From an uncultured Chloroflexia bacterium (GTDB lineage Bacteria > Chloroflexota > Limnocylindria > Limnocylindrales > CSP1-4), in NCBI GenBank assembly GCA_963707395.1, contig CAVPPQ010000020.1:262021-326020 (forward strand): a stretch of DNA of 64,000 nucleotides, given 5' to 3'. Under the pieces are notes generated by a model, which saw only the letters and a list, made by a program, of their open reading frames with translations, was not told where the DNA came from and ran no database searches. Positions 57,423-64,000 of the stretch are shown one piece after another. Positions within the stretch are counted from its first letter, which is position 1. Each line of letters opens with the position of its first letter. The translations under genes were made by a program, and so were the position numbers.

Positions 57423-58487
57423 TCACTCCAGGCGGGCATGGCCGGCAGAAGCCGGCGTCGCCGCCAGGGCGGCGCGGTAGTCGGCCCCCGTGGCCGCCTC
57501 GGAGACAGCCCAGAGGCGCTCGAGCTTCTCGCGCCCCAGCCATGGACTGAGGGTCGGGAGCCGGACCGGCGGGCCCGCCATGACCCAGCGCGGCCCGTAG
57601 GACTCGCCATTGCGGGCACCTGGATCGGTCGCAGCTCGCAAGGCGGACAGCGCACCATCCGACGCCGACATCCCGAACCGCTGGGCAGCCAGCATCCCGA
57701 CCCGGCCCAGTGGACCGGCCCCGCCGGCGCGCACGCTGGCGGGCTGCAGGTCGGTGTCGGCAAGGCCCGGATGGACGGCGAAGCTGGCGACAGGGGCGCC
57801 CGCCAATGCCAGGCGGCGAGCCAACTCGAGGGCGAATCGGTATCCGGCCAGCTTGGAATCTCCGTAGGCACGCCAGGCGTGGAGCTCGGCCCCGGGGCAG
57901 CGTAGAGGCAGCTTGGAATCTCCGTAGGCACGCCAGGCGTGGTAGCTCGGCCCCGGGGCGAGTCGCTCCTGGCGCAGGGACCGTCCGATGAGCCCGACCG
58001 CGCTGCTGACCGTGACGACTCGCGCGGCGTGGGAGCGCAGGAGCGCCGGCAGGAGGGCCGCCGTGAGCGCGAAGTGGCCAAGGTGGTTGACGCCCACCTG
58101 CCACTCGAAGCCATCGTCGGTCTGACGGGGAGGCGTGGCCATGACCCCGGCATTGTTGACGAGCAGGTCGATGTGAGGACGGTCACGAATGGCGTCGACC
58201 GCGAAGGCACGGACCGAGACCAGCGACGACAGGTCCAGCTGCCTGACCTCGAGGCCCGCGAGCGGGATCTGCGCCAGGATGGCGCCGCGGACGCGCTCAC
58301 CCTTGGCCGGGTCGCGCACAGCCATGATGACGTGCGCACCTCGTCGTGCCAGCTCGCGGGCCGCCTCCAGGCCCAGGCCACTGCTGGCGCCGGTGACCAC
58401 GGCCACACGACCCGCCTGAGCCGGGATGTCGTTCGCCTGCCAGCCCATGCCCACCATCCCCCTGTCGCGCGCAACCCTGGCCGGCAC
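57423..58487 (-). CDS. SDR-family oxidoreductase (retinol-dehydrogenase-like) carrying an internal 20-aa tandem duplication
   Basis: VAVVTGASSGLGLEAARELARRGAHVIM...NNAG...; sequence ...SYHAWRAYGDSKLPLRCPGAELHAWRAYGDSKLAGY shows the catalytic YxxxK segment duplicated. Confidence 0.75.
   Translation of the reverse strand: MPARVARDRGMVGMGWQANDIPAQAGRVAVVTGASSGLGLEAARELARRGAHVIMAVRDPAKGERVRGAILAQIPLAGLEVRQLDLSSLVSVRAFAVDAIRDRPHIDLLVNNAGVMATPPRQTDDGFEWQVGVNHLGHFALTAALLPALLRSHAARVVTVSSAVGLIGRSLRQERLAPGPSYHAWRAYGDSKLPLRCPGAELHAWRAYGDSKLAGYRFALELARRLALAGAPVASFAVHPGLADTDLQPASVRAGGAGPLGRVGMLAAQRFGMSASDGALSALRAATDPGARNGESYGPRWVMAGPPVRLPTLSPWLGREKLERLWAVSEAATGADYRAALAATPASAGHARLE
57849..57969. repeat. 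60-nt period direct tandem repeat (2 units, core ~50 nt identical apart from a 1-nt indel)
   Basis: cagcttggaatctccgtaggcacgccaggcgtgg(t)agctcggccccggggc occurs twice, at 57849 and 57909, inside the SDR CDS. Confidence 0.85.
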
Positions 58488-58762
58488 GACCGTGTTGCCG
58501 GCACGACCTTTGGCCGGCTCGACCCTGCGGCCGGCTCGACGCGAGTATGGAGGAACGCCGCGCGCGCTCCGCGGCGGGACAGTGGACTGCCCGGGCCGGC
58601 CGTGTTCGTGTCAACGGCGTGGAGCCGCGCGTGCGACCGCTGCCGTAGCCACGACGTCCCGACCAGGGGACCCCGCACGGGCGGTGGAGTCATCCGCCGC
58701 CCAGCCACGCCGTTTTGACTGACAGTCATGGCCCGCGCGTGGGCTCCGCCCGTGCGGCCTGG

Positions 58763-60265
58763 TCAGCCTTCGCCGGTGCGGCCCCCGGTCCGCTGCACGA
58801 CTTCGTCGCGGAGCTGGCCGAACTCGCGATCCTTGTCCACGTAGCGGTCGGCCAGGAAAGCCAGGCCGATGCGGCCGCCCTCGATGCGCGCCCAGGCCCG
58901 CCGCCGCGGGAAGTAGAAGGTCAGCACCAGCCCCACGATGAGCAGCGTGAAGGCCACCCAGATGAGTGGCTGCCCGGGATCGCGGCGCACGACGATGCCG
59001 CTCCAGGCGCCGATGCCGTCCCAGCGGATGCGCTGCCCGGCGGTCACCTCCGGGTCGGTGGCCACGCCGACGGGGATCGTCACGAGGAAAAGGGTCTCGT
59101 TCTCGCCCGTCGACGGGTCGGCCGGACCAACGCCCTGCATGACGAGCTGGGGAACGCCATCGGCGCCCTGGCTGAGCACGGCCACCAGGCCCACGTCGGC
59201 CCCCGGGATGGTCATGAAGCCCTCCGGCCGGCCGGCCAGCATGTCGTCGAGAAGCAGCGGCCCGGCCCAGACGAGGCCCCCGGTGGCGTCTTCGATGGTC
59301 AGCTCGGCGGTCGGGCCAAAGGTGTTCTGGTGGATGGCGTAGCCCTCCACCAGCAGCGGATCGTTGACGCGGATCGTCTTGCGCACGACTTGCTCACCGT
59401 CGCGATACACGGACAGGTCGGTGCTGTAGTCGATGAAGGAGCCGTCAGCCCGGCGTGGCGACGCGAAGTCGTGGACCTTGAGAAGCAGGTTGTCCGGCGT
59501 CCCGATGGGCCGCACCGGGGCCGTCTGCCCTTCACCCACGAAGACGACGGCCTGGAAGCTGGCGGCGGTCGTCACGGCCCCGGCCACGAGGAACAGCACC
59601 AGGCCGGCGTGCGTGAGCAGCGTGGCCAGCTTCTGGAACTGATTGCGATCGCCGTAGACGAAGGTCGCGGCGGCCGTCGTCGTGACCCGCTGGCGCCGCA
59701 AGCCGCGGGCCCGGAAGGCTGCCTGGACGGCGCCGATCGCGGACGCAGGGTGGGCATCGACCGGCCCCGAGCCGCCGCCTGCCAGTCCCGACCGCCCAGC
59801 CAGCTGGATGACCGCGCGCTGCCCGCGACCCGGGTCGAAGAACGCCTCCGCCTGCTCGACGCGGACCTCCCGCGCCCCCCGCCAGAGGCGCGGCGTGCGG
59901 TTCAGCGTGCAGCACACGATGCTGAGGGTGAGGGTCGCCATGAGCAGCAGGAACCACGGCGCCGAGAAGACCCGGAAGAGGCCGAGCAGGTCGAAGGCAC
60001 CGACCAGCAGGGAGCCCAGGGGCAGGCCGAGCGGCGCGATGGGATCCCAGGCCTGGTGCACGGCCGCCAGCTCGGCAGCGTAGCGAGCCGGGTCCTCGGC
60101 GGCGCTGATGGGGAACTGCCGCAGCAGCGTGGCCACGAGGCCGGACAGCGCGAGCAGGAGGATCAGCACGACCGCGAAGCGCACGTCCGTCAGCAGGCGC
60201 CAGGCCGCGGCGCCCAGTCCCGCCAGCGCCCGCCCAGCCGCCACGCCAGGGTGTGCCCGCGGCAC
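58763..60265 (-). CDS. resB: cytochrome c biogenesis protein ResB/Ccs1 (system II)
   Basis: 500 aa; N-terminal TM ...FAVVLILLLALSGLVATLL..., large periplasmic domain, C-terminal TM IWVAFTLLIVGLVLTFYF; the ResB architecture. Confidence 0.75.
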   Translation of the reverse strand: MPRAHPGVAAGRALAGLGAAAWRLLTDVRFAVVLILLLALSGLVATLLRQFPISAAEDPARYAAELAAVHQAWDPIAPLGLPLGSLLVGAFDLLGLFRVFSAPWFLLLMATLTLSIVCCTLNRTPRLWRGAREVRVEQAEAFFDPGRGQRAVIQLAGRSGLAGGGSGPVDAHPASAIGAVQAAFRARGLRRQRVTTTAAATFVYGDRNQFQKLATLLTHAGLVLFLVAGAVTTAASFQAVVFVGEGQTAPVRPIGTPDNLLLKVHDFASPRRADGSFIDYSTDLSVYRDGEQVVRKTIRVNDPLLVEGYAIHQNTFGPTAELTIEDATGGLVWAGPLLLDDMLAGRPEGFMTIPGADVGLVAVLSQGADGVPQLVMQGVGPADPSTGENETLFLVTIPVGVATDPEVTAGQRIRWDGIGAWSGIVVRRDPGQPLIWVAFTLLIVGLVLTFYFPRRRAWARIEGGRIGLAFLADRYVDKDREFGQLRDEVVQRTGGRTGEG

Positions 60266-60297
60266 GGTTCAGACCGCGCCTTCCAGCCGCCTGGGGG

Positions 60298-61533
60298 TCA
60301 TGCCTCGTCGCGGAGGCCTGCCCCCGTGGCGGCAGCGAGCGCCTGGTCCATGTCGGCGAGGAGGTCGTCGACATCCTCCAGGCCCACCGAGATGCGCACC
60401 AGCCCGGGCGGGATGCCGGTCGCGGCCAGCTGATCCGGGCTGAGCTGCCGATGGGTGGCCGTGGGCGGATGCACGGCGTAGGTGACGACGCTGCCCAGCG
60501 TGGCCGTGACGGGCGGCAGGCGGAGGGCGTCGATGAAACCAGCCGCCACGTCCCGGCCGCCGAGGTCGATGGCCAGCATGCCGCCGCCGGCGCGGAGCTG
60601 CCGTTGGGCCACATCCGCCTGGGGATGGCTGGGCAGGCCCGGCCAGGCCACCGAGTGAACGGCCGGGTGGGCTTCCAGGTGGGCGGCCAGCACACCCGCC
60701 GACTGCGTGTGGCGGTCCATGCGCACGTGCAGCGTCTGCATGCCTCGCAGCACGAGGAAAGCGCTGAAGGGCGCCACGATGCCGCCCGTGTCGATGCTCA
60801 CCCGACGGACGGCCTCGATGCGTTCGCGGCTGCCGGCCACGACCCCGGCCAGGACGTCGGAGTGGCCGCTCAGCCACTTGGTGGCAGATTCGACGACGAG
60901 GTCCGCACCCAGCGCCGATGCTCGGCAGAGATAGGGTGAGGCGAAGGTGTTGTCAACGACCACGGTGGCCCCATGGGCGTGGCCGAGCTCCGCCAGTCGA
61001 GCCAGGTCCGCGACGACGATCGTGGGGTTGGAGATGGTCTCGGCATAGAGCAGGCGCGTGGGGGCCGACCCTAGCGCGGTCTCGACGGCCGCCAGGTCGG
61101 TCGGATCGACGTAGTCGACCTGCACCCCGAGACGTCCGAAGACGTTGTCCATGAGGGCACGCGTGCTGCCGTAGACGGCACGCGTGGAGACGATGCGGTC
61201 ACCGGCGCTCACGAGCGACAGGATCGCAGCGTGGATGGCGGCCATGCCGGAGCCGAAGGCAAAGCCCGCCTGCGCGCCGTGCAGCTCGGCGAAGGCGGCG
61301 GCCAGGGCGTCCGCGGTGGGGTTCTCGATGCGGGCGTACGTGTAGCCGGGTCGACCGAAGCCGATGAGGTCCGCGTAGTCGTCCACATCGCGAGCGTGGA
61401 AGGTGGCCGACTGGTAGATGGGCACGGCCGCGGGGCCCTGCTCCAGGCGCGGGGCTCGCGTGGCGGCCTTGATGGCGCGCGTGCCGAAGCCGAGGTTGGC
61501 GCGGCCGTCGGGCGTGTCAGCGTCGTGGGGCAT
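60298..61533 (-). CDS. PLP-dependent trans-sulfuration enzyme (cystathionine gamma-synthase/beta-lyase / methionine gamma-lyase family)
   Basis: ...YARIENPTADALAAAFAELHGA...; SATKWLSGHSDVLAGVV supplies the PLP-lysine motif. Confidence 0.85.
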   Translation of the reverse strand: MPHDADTPDGRANLGFGTRAIKAATRAPRLEQGPAAVPIYQSATFHARDVDDYADLIGFGRPGYTYARIENPTADALAAAFAELHGAQAGFAFGSGMAAIHAAILSLVSAGDRIVSTRAVYGSTRALMDNVFGRLGVQVDYVDPTDLAAVETALGSAPTRLLYAETISNPTIVVADLARLAELGHAHGATVVVDNTFASPYLCRASALGADLVVESATKWLSGHSDVLAGVVAGSRERIEAVRRVSIDTGGIVAPFSAFLVLRGMQTLHVRMDRHTQSAGVLAAHLEAHPAVHSVAWPGLPSHPQADVAQRQLRAGGGMLAIDLGGRDVAAGFIDALRLPPVTATLGSVVTYAVHPPTATHRQLSPDQLAATGIPPGLVRISVGLEDVDDLLADMDQALAAATGAGLRDEA

Positions 61534-61593
61534 GGCCAGACTCTACATCGGCGCAGGCGTTGGGCCGGCCCGCGGCGCCGGGTGGCAGCGAGC

Positions 61594-63354
61594 TCAGCCC
61601 TTGGGGCGCTCGGGCGGCTCCCAGGGCTCGATGGGCAGGGCGATCCAGGGGCGCTCGGTGGACTCGCGGGGCCCGCCGTAAAGATCCGACCTTGACTGGC
61701 CCGACGGTCGACCTGGGGCTGTGCCCCCGATGGAGCGCAGGTCGGCGGCTGGCCGCTGCGTGGAGACATCCGGCGGGGGCGGGGGCGGGGCCGCGGGCGG
61801 AAGCGGCGTCGGATGCGTGTCATCGACTCGAGTCAGCCATGGCGCGTCGGCGACGGCAGCAGTTCCCGGCGCAGGACCTGTGCCGGCCGGGCTCGTCACG
61901 CCGGGCTCGACGGCGATGGCAGCGGGCTCCGGCGGCTGGGCGGCCGGACCGGGGTCGAACTCGGTGAGGGACGGCCGAGAGCGCGACGATGAGGCGCTCC
62001 CGGGGGCCTGGCCCCAGGGTGCTGGGTCACCGCCGGTGCGCACGTCAGCGGAGAGTCCCGGCGGGTCGGCATCAGTGGCACCGCGTTCGTCAGCCACCTC
62101 GATGTCAACGGCCGTGACGATCCGCTCGGTCCGCGCCTGGTACCCCACGATGCGGTTCTTGCCGCGCCGCTTCGACTCGTACATGGCCACGTCGGCGGCT
62201 GCCACCAGCTGCTCGATGGTGGCGCCGTCATGCGGGTAGGTCACGAGTCCCACGGAAACGGACGATCGCACGGTGCGGTCGGCAGCCCGCAGGGTCAGCG
62301 CGGCGACATCCCGGCGCAGCTTCTCGGCCACCACGTAGCCGCCGGCGGCGTCGGTCTCCGGCAGCAGCACGACGAACTCGTCACCGCCGTAGCGCGCCGC
62401 AGCATCCGTGAAGCGGATGGTGTGGCGGATGGCATCCGCCACGGACTTCAGGAGTCGGTCGCCCCACTGGTGGCCGAACGTATCGTTGACGGGCTTGAGG
62501 TCGTCGAGGTCGAGCATGAGCATCGTGAAGTCGCGGCCCATGCGGTCGGAGCGACGGATCTCCTGCTCCATGGTCGTGAAGAAGAAGGCCCGGTTGTAGA
62601 GTCCCGTCAGGGAGTCGAAGCGCGACGCCCGCAGCGCCTCATCGCGCGAGTGCCGCTGCGCGCGAGCCGCCGCCGTGGCGATGTCCGCGAGCAGGATGAG
62701 CGCCACCGCGGTGAAGCCCACCCAGGCCAGTGCCTCCGGCGCCAGGGGCGCGTCCAGTGCGTCCAGCACCCCCACGAGCACCACGCTGGCACCTGCCAGC
62801 AGCGCGATGGCCAGCGGCGCGCGCCCCTCCGTGGAGAGGGAGGTGCCAGCGACCACGAGGAAGAAGCCGACGAAGAAGGGGCTGCTGGCTCCGCCGGACA
62901 GGGCCGTCAGGAGGGCCAGGAAGATGACCGCCCCGATGCCCTCGGCGGGTCGCCGCCAGCGGCCAAGGGTGGCCGGGGGCACGAGGTCCATGAACAGCAC
63001 CACGAGCAGGGTGCCAAGCGCGAGCAGCGTGAAGACGGCTGCCTGCGTGTCCGGCCAGGCACCCGTGATGGCCACGATGACGGCCGCGCTGGCGAGGTAC
63101 AGCAGCGCCACCGCGCGCGCCACCTGGCGCGTACTGGTGGGCGCGATGAAGGTCCGGTTGCCGCGTGGGGCGGCAGTTCGGGGAAGGTCGGGGACGCCGT
63201 CGCTGTGGTCCCGAAGGGTCGTCATGGCTGGCTCGGGGGAGCCCGCCACGGGGTCCCGGCGCGCGGTGTAGGCGGTCGCCCAGGCCACCGTCACGGCCAC
63301 GGCCGCGATGACGATGAGCCCGAGGGCGAGCAGGACGATCTGGTCTGCGGACAC
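61594..63354 (-). CDS. membrane-anchored GGDEF diguanylate cyclase with Pro-rich C-terminal tail
   Basis: 6 N-terminal TM helices, then FDSLTGLYNRAFF...LMLDLDDLKPVNDTFGHQWGDRLL...RYGGDEFVVLL (GGDEF active site). It ends with ~150 aa of Pro/Ala-rich low complexity. Confidence 0.85.
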   Translation of the reverse strand: MSADQIVLLALGLIVIAAVAVTVAWATAYTARRDPVAGSPEPAMTTLRDHSDGVPDLPRTAAPRGNRTFIAPTSTRQVARAVALLYLASAAVIVAITGAWPDTQAAVFTLLALGTLLVVLFMDLVPPATLGRWRRPAEGIGAVIFLALLTALSGGASSPFFVGFFLVVAGTSLSTEGRAPLAIALLAGASVVLVGVLDALDAPLAPEALAWVGFTAVALILLADIATAAARAQRHSRDEALRASRFDSLTGLYNRAFFFTTMEQEIRRSDRMGRDFTMLMLDLDDLKPVNDTFGHQWGDRLLKSVADAIRHTIRFTDAAARYGGDEFVVLLPETDAAGGYVVAEKLRRDVAALTLRAADRTVRSSVSVGLVTYPHDGATIEQLVAAADVAMYESKRRGKNRIVGYQARTERIVTAVDIEVADERGATDADPPGLSADVRTGGDPAPWGQAPGSASSSRSRPSLTEFDPGPAAQPPEPAAIAVEPGVTSPAGTGPAPGTAAVADAPWLTRVDDTHPTPLPPAAPPPPPPDVSTQRPAADLRSIGGTAPGRPSGQSRSDLYGGPRESTERPWIALPIEPWEPPERPKG

Positions 63355-63521
63355 GCGCTACCCCATGGACCCGCGCCGGCGGGTGCGGTCGTGGTACGGC
63401 AGGCGGTGCACCACGAGTACTACCTTCACGCTGGCCGAATGGTACTGCCCTGCCCGCTCCCGACGCGGGCCTTCCGGGCTGCTAGTGTGGACGGCAGGCA
63501 ACGTCACGCGCAGAGGGAGCC

Positions 63522-63857
63522 ATGAGCGACACGACCCGGTCCGCACAGGCCTGTCCGGCCTGCGGACAGCACAGCCTGGCCGTCGACGAGCCGCCCCAGA
63601 TCGACGTGATGGGCATCCAGGCCTACTCGGACATGCTGGGCATGGGCGACGTCCGGCCGGAGGCGATGCCGGGCATCATCTGCCTGTCCTGCGGCACCCG
63701 CTGGCGGGATCGGGCTGCCTTCGACCGGAACGAGCCGGAGCCGGAGGAACCGCCCGCGGAACAGCCCGAGGAGGTCCCGGCCGAGGACGCCTGGGCCGAC
63801 GGCGAGGGCGAGGGGGATGGGGACGCCGATGGCGAGGGGTTGAGCCGACCCCGATAG
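63522..63857 (+). CDS. small zinc-ribbon protein with acidic (Glu/Asp/Gly) tail
   Basis: CPACGQHS...(32 aa)...CLSCGTRW is a CxxC...CxxC arrangement; C-terminus EPEPEEPPAEQPEEVPAEDAWADGEGEGDGDADGEG. Confidence 0.45.
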   Translation: MSDTTRSAQACPACGQHSLAVDEPPQIDVMGIQAYSDMLGMGDVRPEAMPGIICLSCGTRWRDRAAFDRNEPEPEEPPAEQPEEVPAEDAWADGEGEGDGDADGEGLSRPR

Positions 63858-64000
63858 GCACGCTGGTCGCGGTGGCTCAGGCTCGATCTGTGCGCTGACC
63901 CCACGACCACATGAGGAAGAGGCTCAGGGTCGCGGACGCGGCCAGCAGGAGGCCCGGCACGAGCCTTCCGGAGGCCAGGAAGGCCAGGACCCCGGCGCCG

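Noticed and set aside
56282-58729. 815-aa composite ORF
   Set aside because: Only the C-terminal 379 aa (Zn-ADH starting MKAIAIRPG) are protein-like. The upstream 430 aa overlap the SDR gene in another frame and are Arg/Pro/Ala-rich.

Overview
This is a 64-kb window of very high-GC (~70%) DNA. It looks like an actinobacterial- or Chloroflexi-type chromosome: a deazaflavin (F420)-family nitroreductase gene, a class-II aldolase/SDR (RhaEW-type) fusion, strong GGAGG-like ribosome-binding sites and encoded CCA on the tRNA. It reads as three blocks. (1) 1-18.9 kb is a mixed housekeeping/accessory stretch: small secreted and NTF2-like proteins, a DHA2-type MFS transporter, LysR, a truncated ferredoxin-reductase-like gene plus a CopB-type (CPH motif, His-rich) P1B-ATPase, cupin, a flavodoxin-like gene, an alpha/beta hydrolase and NhaA. 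Several of these genes are frameshifted or decayed. (2) ~18.9-29.6 kb is a mosaic, mobile-looking region that ends at a tRNA-Pro(CGG). It holds an IS30 transposase pseudogene with in-frame stops, a second IS remnant, and three paralogous secreted collagen-like (Gly-X-Y) proteins. It also holds two DNA-methyltransferase fragments bracketing an inserted segment, a P27-family phage terminase small subunit, an OsmC-ACR3-ArsR-ArsP-like permease-thioredoxin cluster, a possible recombinase remnant and VapBC. (3) 29.6-64 kb holds tandem MFS paralogs, a PRTase, an SDR, PEP carboxylase, and a non-canonical deoxy-sugar (rhamnose-like) locus. That locus has a PHP-domain protein, RhaEW-like aldolase/dehydrogenase, an extended MDR dehydrogenase, rhamnulokinase, a ketose 3-epimerase-like TIM barrel, a second FGGY kinase, a URO-D-family protein and a convergent 4-gene sugar ABC importer. 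The block continues with an orphan TPP-dependent E1 alpha/beta pair, MFS, Zn-ADH, an SDR carrying a 60-nt internal tandem duplication, ResB, a MetB/MetC-family PLP enzyme, a membrane GGDEF protein and a small zinc-ribbon protein. No rRNA or CRISPR array was seen. Many long ORFs in the six-frame track are antisense or GC-frame artefacts and are not reported as genes.
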